A DNA stretch of 64,000 nucleotides from Octopus vulgaris. Taxonomy: Eukaryota. The notes beneath the pieces are model-generated. The model was not told the origin of the DNA, searched no databases, and saw nothing but the letters and a program-made list of their open reading frames with translations. Location: NCBI GenBank assembly GCA_951406725.2, contig OX597814.1, forward strand, positions 208,196,001 through 208,260,000. Reading direction: 5' to 3'. Below, one piece after another: positions 36,110 through 49,810 of this stretch (position 1 is its first letter; each line of letters opens with the position of its first letter). The translations under genes were made by a program, and so were the position numbers.

Positions 36110-37140
36110 TCTGTTAATTGCAGGATATAATTCTTTTACTGTTCTGTTTCCTTCAACTCAAATTGTTTGGATGCATCATAACACATTTTATGCTATGCAG
36201 ATTGATCTAGACCAGTGGTTTTCAACCAGGGTTCTGCAGAACCTTAGGGTTCCGCCAGTACAGTCCAGGGGTTCCGCAAGAAGTTACAAAACTGCTAAAA
36301 TCGGCAGTAATTTTTTATTCTCCTGTGCAGATATGCGTGCATAAGACAATTAAATTATTGCACAGGGGTTCCTCGAGCCAGTGGAATGTTTCCTTGGGGT
36401 TCCGCTCCAGCAAAAAGTCTGAAAAGCACTGATCTAGAGAATGACTTTCCCAAGATGTCAAGTTAAGCTGTAGAAATTTTAATGATTGCTTCACCTTATC
36501 CTTATGCCTAAGAACAGGTCTTCTATTACCATGATATACCTCTACTTGTTGGTTAGACAAAAGAATTTTCAGAATGTAGTCATCTTTCATTCAAATGTCC
36601 TACCCATCTGTACTGAGTTCTCAGCAGCATGCTTTTGATACTGGAGATATCACATGTTTCAAAGATTTTGACATATATTACACAGGAGCATGTGAAAGGT
36701 TTCAAGTTTTTTTTTTATATATCTGTAGTAGGATGTCCGTGCTTCTGCCCCATACAAAAGGTACTCGAAATATAAGATTTGTATACACTTATTTCAATTT
36801 TCAGACCGTGTTCATTCCACAAATGATGGGAAAGTTTTCCAAAAGCATTTGTAGCCTTAGATATTCGTCATCAAGAGTACTCTTAAAGTTTAAGTTATTT
36901 CAATGACCTAACCCATTTGAGTGGCTTATTGTCAGTCATCAAATTTGAATTTCGAGTATGTTCTGCCTCAGGCTTTGGCTGGAATAAAACTTCAATTTTC
37001 TTGATGCTGATAATCAGTCCACATGCATGAGCTGCCACAGTAAACCTGTCAGTTGTTTCTTGAATTCCCTCAAATGTGTAAGAAATCAAAGCACGATCAT
37101 CAGCAAACAGAAAATCATGTAGAAGGACAAACTGAGACAG
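36110..37140 (-). mobile_element. Degenerate RTE-clade LINE RT fragment
   Basis: HDFLFADDRALI...GLIISIKKIEVLFQP; downstream QYRWVGHL. Confidence 0.8.
36213..36431. mobile_element. hAT (Charlie/Buster-like) MITE inserted in the RTE
   Basis: cagtggttttc / gaaaagcactg; TSD atctagac/atctagag. Confidence 0.85.
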
Positions 37141-38544
37141 AGAGGGGGTGTCTGTCATGCGGGTCTTCTCAAAGCATGATGAGCCACTAAGAGAGAGAGA
37201 GGAAGGGGGTAAAAATATTTCAAATGCCCTATCCTCTTAGCATGTCTTTTAAACAAGTCACTAAGAGAGAGAGAGAGAGAGAGGAAGGAAGGACAAACTA
37301 AGACAGGGAGGGAGTGTCTGTCATGCGGGTCTTCTCAAAGCATGACTTCTCAAAGCAGAAGTAAGAGTCACTGAGAGAGGAGAAGGGGAGACAAAATATT
37401 TCCAAAACAACTGGACAGATTTTCTTTGAAACACAGTAACTATTTTATCTAATTTTCCAATGATATGGATAAAAAAATCACAGGGCATGCAACGCATACC
37501 TTGCATACCTGAGGGTACACGCCCCTGGTAGAAGACCTATCAAGCCATGTAAAACCATAGCTGTGACAAATACTGGTGTTATGCAACTGGTACCCATGCC
37601 ATTGGCACATAAAATTACACTCTCAGAGTGGATGGTGTTAGGAAGGGCGTCCAGCTGTAGAAACCATGCCAAATCAGACTGGAGTCTGGTGCAGCCCCTC
37701 AGCTTACCAGCCCTGGTCAAACTGTCCAACCCAAGCCAACATCGACAATGGACGTTAGATGATGATGATGATGAGTTAGTTGATTGCTTCCACCCCAGTA
37801 CTAGATTAGCACTTTATTTTGTCGACCCTTAAGGGATAAAAGTCAAATTTGACCTTGGCAAAATTAGAGCTCCTAGTGTAAAGACAGACAAAATGCCATT
37901 AAGCATTTCGTCCAGCATTCTAACAATTCTGCGAGCCCACTCTTCCTCAGCCTTTTCCACCCCAGTGTCATCCATAAGCAACCTAGACACCTTATGTCAA
38001 ATCTCCGCTGTCTCCATGAACACTAATCTTGAAAGCATCTTCTGCTAGGATCATGCTAATCTTTATACTTTTAACAGCAAAAATAAATATCAAGAAAAAA
38101 AGCAACACCTCAGCACATTTAGACAAGAGCATTTTGCAACTAGAGCCCTTGTGATTGTTCCAAATGCCAAGTCTCATCATCACTGAGGATCTCTTACAGT
38201 GAAACTGTAGCCTTAACATAGCAAGGACTGCTTCTCAAAGACTAGCACTTACCTTCACATCCAAGAAATACTTCAACTCCCAATAATTACTGACCATTTA
38301 GAAAGCTCATTTGGATTCCACAATGGAGTACTGCCGTCACATCTGGGGTTGTACTGCTACTGCATACACAAACATCTTAGAGCATGTTCAGAGAAAACCT
38401 AACTGACTAAAATCCCTCACAAATGTCTTCCAGTCTCCAGTCTACAGATATCCTATCTCCTGGAGAAAAAAGTGCTCTAGAAAATTTATCAGTCTCTTTG
38501 ATAAAATTCCATAGCAAAGGAAATGAAACTGGTTTTGTAAGTCC

Positions 38545-38902
38545 CGAATCGTGGCTGATGCCAGCGCCGCCTCGACTGGCTTCTGTGCCGGTGGCACGTA
38601 AAAAGCACCATCCGAATTGTGGCCGATGCCAGTGCCGCCTCGACTGGCTTCCGTGCCGGTGGCACATAAAATGCACCAATCCGACCGTGGCCGTTGCCAG
38701 CCTCGCCTGGCACCTGTGCAGGTGGCACGTAAAAAGCACCCACTACACTCACGGAGTGGTTGGCGTTAGGAAGGGCATCCAGCTGTAGAAACACTGCCAG
38801 ATAAGACTGGAGCCTGCTGCAGCCTTCTGGCTTCCCAGATCCCCGGTCGAACCGTCCAACCCATGCTAGCATGGAGAACGGACGCTAAACGATGATGATG
38901 AT
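38545..38902 (+). mobile_element. Family B copy
   Basis: Near-identical to 1555-1920. Confidence 0.88.
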
Positions 38903-39549
38903 TGTTTTTTTTTTCTTTAAATACTTTTAAACTCCATGTATAATGTATATTTTTCCAATAAAATTTGTTTGTTTCACCTGTGTGCTTTCAATGTCTGTTT
39001 TTCCATGCTAGCATAGGTTAAATGAATATGCTTTAGAGCCCTTGTTTTATAGCTGGATGCTCTTCTTGACGCCTGTTCTTGAAGTAAGGGATCTCTTATT
39101 TCACGAGGCGTTGGTGGCACAAAGCAAGTTATTGACGTAAGTGCCATCAACAACAATGCTTAAACATCATCACTTTTGAATAAGCAAGCACAGACGTTAA
39201 CAAACGGAGGTGTACACCCACATGCATGAATACACACACATACACACATTTGGTAGGTTTCCTTTCAGTTATCATCTACCAAATCCATTCATAAGGCTTT
39301 AGTCTGTTTGGGACTATAAGCAAAATACACTAGGCCAAGATGCTATGCAGTAGGACTGAACCCTGAAATGAGATGGCTTGGAAACAAACATTTTAATGAC
39401 ACATCCATATCTGTTATCTAAAAACCAAGATTAAAATTAGGGATGTATATAGTTACATGATATTAGGCTGCAAAGTTCCCACAACCATTAACTTTTTTTA
39501 ATGATGATATAATGAAGCTTCTTCAGTTTACTTTTTTTGTTATGTATTA

Positions 39550-40000
39550 TCATCATCATCATCATCGTTTAACGTCCGCTTTCCATGCTAGCATGGGTTG
39601 GACGGTTCAACTGGGGTCTGGAAAGCCCGAAGGCTGCACCAGGCTCAGTCTGATCTGGCAGTGTTTCTACAGCTGGATGCCCTTCCTAACGCCAACCACT
39701 CCGTGAGTGTAGTGGGTGCTTTTTATGTGCCACTGACACAGGTGCCAGACGAGGCGGGTGAACGGCCACGCTCGGATGGTGTTTTTTATGTGCCACCGAC
39801 ACAGGCGCCAGACGAGGCGGGCGAACGGCCATGCTCGGATGGTGTTTTTTTATGTGCCACGGACACAGGTGCCAGACGAGGTTGGCGAACGGCCATGCTC
39901 GGATGGTGTTTTTTACGTGCCACCGGCACGGAGGCCAGGCGAGGCTGGCACGGCCACGATCGGATGGTGTTTGTTACATGCCCACAGCGCGGAGGCCAGT
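39550..40000 (-). mobile_element. Family B copy with about five units
   Basis: Units ...gacgaggcgggcgaacggccatgctcggatggtg. Confidence 0.85.
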
Positions 40001-40483
40001 TTTATATTTTATATAAAATGAAATATTAAAAAGTACAATATTGGATTGTAGTAGATTATCTGCTTTTGCAACAGATGTACAGTGTTGGGAGTCATAAGTG
40101 ATATTAAAAGCTTTTAGACAATTTGGGCTCCAAAACTGATACATCTACTATACATAGTATCGTATTATATATGGACTTTTATAGCAAATAAATTTATTCA
40201 CTGAATTGTTTTCTCCTACCAAAATTTTTTTTATCAGTAAGAGATAAACAGTTCAGAAAGATGTAAAATAATGACCTAATAAAAACTCTATTGTTCATAA
40301 ATATTGGCCAATCTAATTATATTAACACTTTTACTTACGTTTTTTTTTTTTGAAAAAAATCTTGTCAAAATTCAAAGGTTAAGAATAAAAAAATATACTG
40401 GCAGTTTTTTTTAAACATATTATAACCATAACTTATAAACAAACATGTGGTGCCCCTGAGCACTGGCAGTTTCTTTTTAAACA

Positions 40484-40654
40484 TGCGCAGGAGTGGCTGT
40501 GTGGTAAGTAGCTTGCTTACCAACCACATGGTTCTGGGTTCAGTCCCACTGCCTGGCATCTTGGGCAAGTGTCTTCTGCTATAGCCCCGGGCCGACCAAT
40601 GCCTTGTGAGTGGATTTGGTAGACGGAAACTGAAAGAAGCCTGTCGTATATATG

Positions 40655-40689
<35 letters not shown>

Positions 40690-40888
40690 TTGTGTTTGTC
40701 CCCCTAGCATTGCTTGACAACCGATGCTGGTGTGTTTACGTCCCCACCACTTAGCGGTTCGGCAAAAAGAGACCGATAGAATAAGTACTGGGCTTATAAA
40801 GAATAAGTCCCGGGGTCGATTTGCTCGACTAAAGGCGGTGCTCCAGCATGGCCGCAGTCAGATGACTGAAACAAGTAAAAGAGTAAAC
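40484..40888 (+). mobile_element. SINE A followed directly by an isolated CR1 tail (40893-40945)
   Basis: Match to A and to the CR1 3' UTR. Confidence 0.88.
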
Positions 40889-41039
40889 ATACGTTGTGGT
40901 GCACCTGAGCACTGTATACAATAATTTCATTATTATTATTATTATATCAATATATTGTTGTTTAGATCCAGGTCAATCCTGAATGAAAAGACATGTGAAA
41001 AAAGACTATTATACATGTCCTTACCTCTTTTAAGGCAGT

Positions 41040-41468
41040 TACTTCCCTGGGCATGGATACATTGAAACTCCGACGTCTGGCAGCTGACTTGGCAGACACC
41101 CATAAAATTATCAACCATTGTACAAACAGTAACTCTGAGCACCTTTTCAAACTCCACCCGTCTAACACCCGTGGACATAATTACAAAGTCAGAAAACAGC
41201 ACAGCTCCCATGACTTCAGGAAACATTTTTTCACGCTGAGAGTTGCTGAAGCATGGAACAAACTGCCGGCATCAGTTGTTAGTTGTCGGAGCACTGCATC
41301 CTTCAAAACTCCCATGCTTTCTGAGATTCGCCAATACTACACCTGATTTTCTCCCCTCCATACACACACAAGCATGTATCTGACTCATACATTGTTCGCT
41401 TTCCAGACATTTGTAGTTGTGGTGCACCTGAGCACTGTATACAATAATTTCATTATTATTATTATTAT
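41040..41468 (+). mobile_element. CR1-group 3' fragment
   Basis: MDTLKLRRLAADL...[10 protein letters not shown]; (ATT)n tail. Confidence 0.88.
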
Positions 41469-41930
41469 ATATGATTTGAAGGAAAGATGGCTGCTGTTTC
41501 TAGTACGACAAATTATGACTTTGTTGGTTTGTTACTCAATATTTAAGAGGTTGTGGACTGGTAGGGAGATGAACAAAATGCTTTGTGTTTAGGCATATTC
41601 CTTTATGTCATAAGCTCATATACCTTTCATTCCTCCAGATTCAATAACATAAGTACTACTCAAGTAGTATTTATGTACTTGATAAGGTAAGTGCTATAGG
41701 TTCACTAAAGTAATTATCATAAATCTGATAAAATAAGTACTATAAGCATGATATAATCATCTATGTCTCTTTTCCAAGAGCTGTGATTTTGTGTCTACAA
41801 CAGAAATCAGTATCTATGTGTGTCATGAATTCATAAAAGTATAATTGAGGACTTTAGAAAATCCATACTAATGCTTGAGCCTACTGAAAAATATTATATT
41901 GGTAATCATACACAGGTATGATTAATAAAG

Positions 41931-42163
41931 AAAGGCGGCGAGCTGGCAGAAACGTTAGCACGCCGGGCAAAATGCTTAGCGGTATGTCGTCTGTCGTTAC
42001 GTTGTGAGTTCAAATTCCGCCGAGGTCGACTTTGCCTTTCATCCTTTCGGGGTCGATAAATTAAGTACCAGTTACGCACTGGGGTCAATGTAATCGACTT
42101 AATACCTATGTCTGTCCTTGTTTGTCCCCTCTATGTTTAGCCCCTTATGGGTAATAAAGAAAT
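41931..42163 (+). mobile_element. SINE D, full length
   Basis: 17-bp TSD aggtatgattaataaag at 41914-41930 and 42164-42180. Confidence 0.92.
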
Positions 42164-42304
42164 AGGTATGATTAATAAAGTTAGGCAATAGTTTTCTACA
42201 TTTCTTTCTCACAATACACCAGAAGGGTCTGCTGGTAACAACACATTTTCCCAAACTCTTTAATTATTTTCTTTCTTATATTTGATAAGAGAAATTTTTC
42301 CCAA

Positions 42305-42565
42305 AATGCTGGTGGCACATAAAAAGCTCCATCCATCCATCCGTGGCCGTTTGCCAGCCCTGTCTGGCACCTGTGCGGGTGGCACGTAAAAAGCACCCAC
42401 TACACTCACGGAGTGGTTGGCGTTAGGAAGGGCATCCAGCCGTAGAAACACTGCCAGATCAGACTGGGCCTGATACAGCCTTCTGGCTTCCCAGACCCCA
42501 GTTGAACCGTCCAACCCATGCTAGCATGGAAAGCGGACGCTAAATGATGATGATGATGATGATGA
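42305..42565 (+). mobile_element. Family B copy
   Basis: Match to B. Confidence 0.85.
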
Positions 42566-43313
42566 TTAAACAACCTACATAAAGGGATACAATTTTTTCT
42601 TTGTCTTCATTTATTGACATCACTTCACTTTTTTTTTGTCTATCTCCTGATCTCAATCGTTCAAAGATTTTTAAAAAGTCTATATAGTTTCTTTCAAAGT
42701 TTTTAATCTTAAAAATAGCTTGTTTTTTTTTCAAAAACTCTCCATGGAAAGTATGTTATTAATTTTTCAGTTGATCTCCAGTGTACTCCAAAGTAAAATA
42801 GATTAAGAACTGCCATCTTAGGAGGATGAAATTTAATATTGATATCTTACATCAACACAAATTTACAATTTTGTTGGGGAGATGTGTAGTAGATAAAATT
42901 AAATCTCTCTCTTCCAATTACTTATTCTATTGATCCAAAGTGATTTTTAAGGAAATTTACTATAGCTTCATTACACATATATCATGAACTGAAAGAGAAG
43001 CCAACAGGATAGCCAAGCAAGTTCTAATGTGACCTTCAATGGAATACTGCTTCCAGGTCTGAATGGTACAGCTAATGTACATATTGAGATCCTATCTGGC
43101 TTATTGTACGGAATCACTCATCAGCACATTTCAACCTCTGGCACATAAACATGCTGTCTCTTCACCTTTTCTATTACTACTACAGTGGCCTCTGCAGCTC
43201 AAAGTGGACTTTCTCTATGTCACCTCAGCATAACTCATTTGACTTTTCTCTTGCTACCCATATTGTGTCCACCCATTTAAGTCATACACAAGACACTTGG
43301 GAATTCCTTACTT

Positions 43314-44348
43314 CAGGGATCCCCAACTAACAGGCCATAAATCATGTGATACAAGACTGCACAGAAAGAATAAATTTTGTTTGCCAGGCGAAATGCGTAG
43401 CCGTATTTCGTCTGCCGTTACGTTCTGAGTTCAAATTCCGCCGAGGTCGACTTTGCCTTTCATCCTTTCGGGGTCGATAAATTAAGTGCCAGTTACGCAC
43501 TGGGGTCGATGTAATCAACTTAATACCTTTGTCTTTCCTTGTTTAGCCCCTTGTGGGCAGTAAAGAAATATATTTTATTGACTACTACAGTCTGCAGAGT
43601 GTTTTTTGCATTACATATGTATAATATATGTAATAATTAAATTATGTGATGGTACATGGTTTAGTGGTTAGGGTAATTCACTCATGACTGCTAGGTTGTG
43701 AGTTCAATTCCTGGTGGTATGTTGTGTCCTTGAGCAAAACACTTTATTTCACATTGCTCCAGTCCACTCAGCTAGCAAAGACGAGCTGTACCTCTAATTT
43801 CAAGGGTTGGCTTTGTCACATTCTGTGTCATGTTGAATGGCCCTGAGAACTACATTAAGGGTTTGTGTGTCTGTGGAGTGCTCAGCCACTTGCACGTTAA
43901 TTTCATGAGCATGATGTTCTGTTGATCGTATCAGGTGGGACCCTTGTTATTGTAACCAACGGAGTGCCAGTTGTGTCATAATTAAACTATATATATTATA
44001 TTATATATATTATATTATATATATTATGCTCGGGCGGCAAGCTGGCAGAATTGTTAGCACATCGGGCGAAATGCTCAGCAGTATTTCGTCTGTCGCTACG
44101 TTCTGTGTTCAAATTCCGCCGAGGTCGACTTTGCCTTTCATCCTTCCGGTGTTGATAAAGAAAGAACCAGTTATGCACTGGGGTCGATTTAATCGACTCA
44201 ATCGCTTTGTCTGTCCTTGTTTGTCCCCTCTATGTTTAGCCCCTTGTGGGCAATAAAGAAATATATATATATATTATGCACTTTATTGTGTGCTTTGTTA
44301 CGCATGTGATCCCTTGGTCTGTGGTGCCAAACAGGTCTGAGATTTCTG
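43314..44348. mobile_element. Old hAT-like MITE containing SINE D (43381-43570), a C-related SINE (43650-43975) and SINE D (44030-44262)
   Basis: cagggatccc / gagatttctg ends, TSD ccttactt/cactactt (6 of 8); nested SINEs match the families above. Confidence 0.5.
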
Positions 44349-44749
44349 CACTACTTAACCATGTTTTTCATACAGTTGTCACCTTACAATTATTATAGAA
44401 ACAACTTGCAATTATTATATAAAACTAGCTATTATTATATAAAAACCATCACCCACATCACCCTCTTCTGTTTCCCAGTTTAACACCACCTCCTCTTCCT
44501 TGAGTACCTTTCACTGGGTCTCCAGACTGAGAGTTACTTCCTCCCTTCCACCCATTAATCTAGAACAGTGATGACAAATCTGTATTATACATATCAACAG
44601 TGACATGCCACAGGTTTTATAGGTGACGTGTGATGGATTTGGTGAGGAGAAAAATTTCTCTGCAATGTCAGGTTATAAAAAGTCTTGCCCTCCAACCAGT
44701 CAGTCTGGGTTTTGCTCCCAGCTGATGCAGGTATTAGCATTTAGTAAGT

Positions 44750-45455
44750 GCAGGTGTGAGTTTGTGGCATGAGAAGTTTGCTTCCCAAATATGTGGTTTT
44801 GGGTTCAGTCCCACTGTGCAGGACCTTTGGCAAGTACCTTTTACCATAGACCTTGGCCAACCAAAGCCTTGTAAATAGGTTTGGTAAATGGAATCTGAAA
44901 GAAGCCCATGATATGTATGTACGTACGTATGTATGTATGTATGTATGTTGTATGTATGTATGTATGTATGTGTATGTATGTATGTGTATTTTGTATGTAT
45001 GTGTGTATGTATGTATGTGTGTGTGTATGTATGTGTATGTATGTATGTATGTGTGTGTGTATGTATGTATGTGTATTTTGTATGTATGTGTATTTTGTAT
45101 GTATGTGTGTGTGTATGTATGTATGTATGTATGTATGTGTTTATGTATGTGTGTATGTATGTTTGTATGTATGTATGTATGTATGTACGTATGTATGTGT
45201 GTGTGTATTTATGTAGCTATGTATCTATGTGTGTGTGTCTTTCTGTTTGTTTTTGCTCCCCATCACCACTTGACAACCAGTCTTGGTTTGTTTACGGCCG
45301 CATAACTTAGAAGTTTCACACAAGAGACCAATAGAATAAGTATAGAATAAGTACCAGACTTTAAAAAAAAGTACAGGTCTCAATTCGTTTGATTAAACCC
45401 TTCAAGGTATTGCCTCAGCATAGCCACAGTTCAGTGATTGAAACAAGTAAGAGAA
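44750..45455 (+). mobile_element. Old SINE A with its internal microsatellite expanded to ~330 bp
   Basis: Family A head and tail flank a (TATG/TG)n tract at 44910-45240. Confidence 0.8.
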
Positions 45456-45604
45456 AAGGTAAATTACATATAAGGAACCCTCCAGTTACAGGAGTATTGA
45501 GGAAATTAAAATTCCAACACAATGGGTTAAAAAAGGTTCACCATTTTTGGATCGGAAGGTATTGAAAATAGGTCATGAGAACTACCTGTCTCCCTTTTTT
45601 AAGA

Positions 45605-46158
45605 TCATCATCATCATCGTTTAACATCCGCTTTCCATGCTAGCATGGGTTGGACGGTTCAACTGGGGTCTGGGAAGCCAGAAGGCTGCGCCAGGCCCAG
45701 TCTGATCTGGCAGTGTTTCTACAGCTGGATGTCCTTCCTGACACCAACCACTCTTAGAGTGTAGTGGGTGCTTTTTATGTGCCACCTGCACAGGTGCCAG
45801 ACGAGGCTGGCAAATGGCCACGATCAGATGGTGCTTTTTACATGCCACCGGCACGGGGGCCAGACGAGGCTGGCAACATATAAAATGATAATTCCTATTC
45901 CTGCAGGCTCGTGTGTGCCGGTGCCACATTAAAGGCACCTGTGCTGGTGCCATGAAAAAGCACCAGTGCCACTGCTGCATAAAAGCGCTTAGTACACTCT
46001 GTGGAGTGGTTGGTGTCAGGAAGGGCATCCAGCTGTAGAAACACTGCCAAAACAGACATGGAACCTGGATGACTCTTCAGCTGACCAGCTTCTGTCAAAC
46101 CTTCTAACCCATGCCAACATGGAAAAATGGATGTTACATGATGATGACGATGATGATG
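45605..46158. mobile_element. Two family B copies, head to head
   Basis: Minus copy 45605-45880; diverged plus copy 45905-46158. Confidence 0.8.
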
Positions 46159-47102
46159 AAAATAAAATGTTGGGGTGCAGAGGTTATAGAAATATCAAGC
46201 TTGACATTCTATCATCTTGACTATCTCTGTCACAGAGATTATTTCAGTGATAAAGACCTCTATGCTATTAAGTTGTTTAGAAATAGCTTTATACAAGATT
46301 TGTCAAATGTTTTGTTCCAAAGAAAATTGCTTTACTTTGCTAAAAGTCAATGTCTTTGAACAAAAATTATGCTAAAAGTTAAATTTATACAGTTCAAAGT
46401 TCAAAGTTTTGAAAAATGTAATAACGATGTTTTTTTGCTCTCGTCTGTCAATATTTCTTGTTCTGTCTGAAGTTCAAATAGCTAGCTCCAATTTTCTAAG
46501 TCAACATATTTCAAAATGAAGCAATCAATGAACTAGTTAAAGTTGAGTCAATGGGAAAGCTTCTATGTGGTTGCTCAATCTTCTAGAAATAGCAGCCAGA
46601 TCCTCCTCAAATCACAGCTTACTGTCTTTTTTAATAAGAAAGAAAAAAAAAAAGCACATTGGATAATGTAGTCAGGTTGATTCAATTGATTTCATTCCTA
46701 CTTTGCAAACTTTTGGCTTTGTGCCCAATGCTTTTGTGACGATACTCTTAATGCAAATAACGAAGTAATGAATTTGTGAAATGAATTACTCTCTCATTAT
46801 CAATCTAGAGAAAGTTAGACAGCAGAAAGGTCTTCAGGGAAGAAGTGTATTCTATTCATACAAGTGTTTTGGTTCTTAAATTCTTACACTGTAAGATGAC
46901 CAGGCTACACCCAGGTCATAACCACTAGATATGTCATTACTGCTACCAGATTTGGAGCTTTTACAAATTCCTTGTCTGAATCAACAGTGTGGATATCCTT
47001 GGCATTTTGGTTTAACTCCAGACCTAATTTGTTTGGCATCCTACCTGCTAGTGCAGTGCACTGCTGCTTGTTCATAAAAGTCTTCATGCATCTCCTTTTA
47101 CA

Positions 47103-47550
47103 CTTTGGCATCTAAACCAGCCATATCCTGTCCAAATATTCTCCTTGCTTCAAGTTCAAACTGGCTAGGTCCAACCTCTCACACCTACCCTACAATGTCA
47201 TTCTACTAATAAACAATCATATCATAGAGATCTTGAAGCTACTAGATAGATAATTCATAATTAATTCAAAACAATGGGATTGAGTAAGCATTACAATTGA
47301 CAGAGTAATCTGTGTGGATCGTCATGTTATGCTTCCTTATGACAAAAGATTTTAGTTTAACCTTTTAACATTTAGATTACTCTGTCAAATGTAATGCTTA
47401 TCTATTTACATTATATTGAATTACTCCTGCATTATCCCATGTGACTGTTAATTTCTAGAATGATATTGTAGGGTAGATGTAACAATATCTGGCTGGTTCG
47501 CATGAAAAGCGAGTAGAATATCTGTGTCGGATATGGTCAGTTTAAAATAT
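47103..47550. mobile_element. Two opposed copies of the piggyBac-like MITE family
   Basis: gcattacaattgacagagtaatct mirrors agattactctgtcaaatgtaatgc. Confidence 0.65.
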
Positions 47551-48115
47551 GCTAACATCATACCAAAGCAGAAAACATAGCTTCAGGTAGATTAGTATCT
47601 ATCAAAAAGGGTTAGGTAGAAAGATAAAAATGGAAATTAAAAAATGGATGAAGGTGACAGGGTTAATTGATCGGTGTTTGTTGGTGACCAGGACATTGTC
47701 CTTTACCATCCCACCTTATGAACTCTAGACTTTTTGAAAGGTCAGAAAATAAGGAAATATTCTATGCTGTGCAGAAATGATAGATAGAAACAGTGTGTTA
47801 AAAAATACAGTGTTACTTTTGAATAGCTTTCTGTTCATGTATAAATAAACACATCTGTCTGTCTGTCTCTCTCTCTCACACAAACACACACACAATATAT
47901 ATATATATATATTCTTTCTATTTAAAAGTAGAAAGAATAGCCAAAACTTTTTGACTGCTATTTCTAAATTCGGTGTGTGGTGAGGCAAATCGTTGCTAAA
48001 CCCTTAATTACTTAGTATTACTTAACCCTTCCTTGAATGGGTCTTTTACATGCCGAACTCTACTTGGTGAAATTAATGATTATTTCTAAATTAATTAATT
48101 TCACCCTTTATTGAT

Positions 48116-48350
<235 letters not shown>

Positions 48351-48591
48351 TGATAGATAAGTAGTGGTTGATAGATATGTGTCTGAGTGAATAAGCTAAG
48401 TGTGTGAATAGTTTATTCATTGGTTCAAACATCATGTGAGCATTAATGTGGAACAGGAAACTTAGGTTAACAAAAGAGGAATTTGTTAGTGTCAAATAAA
48501 TTAACTTTGTTATGTGTATTAAGTCTTGTTACTTTTTCATCTGTACGTAGAAATACATACATACATACATACATACATACCTTTGTGCCCG

Positions 48592-48845
48592 TGGACATAT
48601 GGCGTAGTGGTTAAGAGCGCGGGCTACTAACCCCAAGATTCCGAGTTCAATTCCAGGCAGTGACCTTGAGAATAATAATAATAATAACAACATCAAAAAT
48701 TACCTTAGGAATGAGAACCCAGGTTCAAAATTTCCCCTAGACACCTGATGAAGGCTGGAGGGTACATCAGCCGAAACGTTGTGTTAACAACAAACAAGAT
48801 GAGGACAAATATCCGTCAATTGTAAATAATGTAAATAATGTAGAT
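48592..48845 (+). mobile_element. tRNA-headed SINE-like element carrying an intact-core hammerhead motif
   Basis: A box TGGCGTAGTGG 48600-48610, anticodon-like arm ggg-ctactaa-ccc, B box GTTCAATTCC 48645-48654, hammerhead 48740-48785, tail (tgtaaataa)x2. Confidence 0.75.
48740..48785 (+). ncRNA. Minimal Type I hammerhead ribozyme, core intact
   Basis: GACAC-CTGATGA-A-GGCTG gagggtacat CAGCC-GAAAC-GTT-GTGTT. Confidence 0.8.
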
Positions 48846-49139
48846 CTGATATTGTTCTGTGGGATAGAGAACAAAAGTCATGCACTGTTGTAGAGGTCAG
48901 CTGCCCAGCAGATGTGAATGTACAAATGTACAATAAGGTACAAGAAAAAAAAAATCATGGTGAATTCATGCAGAAATTGTGGAGGCACATGGCCAAGAGG
49001 TTAAAGCAGTGGACCTGCGGTTGAGGGATCATGGGTTCAAATCTTAGACCGGGCAATTTGTGTGTTTATGAGTGAAACACCTAAAGCTCCAGCAGAAAGT
49101 AATGGTGAACTTCTGCTGACTCTTTCGCCACAACTTTAT

Positions 49140-49810
49140 CCAGCCTTATTTTCCATTTCATGTGGAAAACGAAAAAGTCGATTAGCTCAAGACTGGAGAT
49201 GAATATGCCTGTTGCAATTCATTTCACTCTCGTCTTCCATACTACCTCTTTCGCCACAGCAACTACTGAGAGAAAACAGGCTCGCTCCTCCCTATTCAGG
49301 GAGGTCGGCGGAACTATCTTAATTACAGATTCACTCGACAGTTGTACTCTTCTCGAATGCGACAGCAGGTGTTCGACATAAGCCCAGAGTTCAGTCACCT
49401 TGGGGCATTGCACAATCGTGTGCAGGACAGTTTCACTGTCCTGCTCGCATCTTGCACAAACCAGTGAAGGCACACACCCATGTCTAAAGAGCTTATCTTG
49501 AACAAGTAAAGCTCCTCTGTAACATTGCCAGGCCAGGGACTTTTGGTAATTATCCATAGGCCCCGGCCCGAATGTTCTTTGGAACAGGTTGGCCAGTTGA
49601 TCTTCGTCGAAGCCTAGGGTTTCTCCCAGGACGTCGTCATGCTTAAACTCTACTAACCCTCTATAGAAGAACGAAGTAGTATCCCTGCCACCAGCATTGC
49701 CTGACTGGGAGAGAAGCATGAGTGCCTGATGACACTCTGCATGCCACACGCCCAACCTCGGTCTACACTTGATCCATGAGTTCAGTTTGGTAAACGATGG
49801 TAAATGATGT
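49140..49810 (-). mobile_element. L1/Tx1-clade ORF2 C-terminal fragment (CCHC zinc finger)
   Basis: AWQCYRGALLVQDKL...CARCEQDSETVLHTIVQCPKV..LW. Confidence 0.8.

Noticed and set aside
48592-48672. Functional tRNA gene
   Set aside because: Acceptor stem does not pair and no poly-T terminator follows; treated as a SINE head
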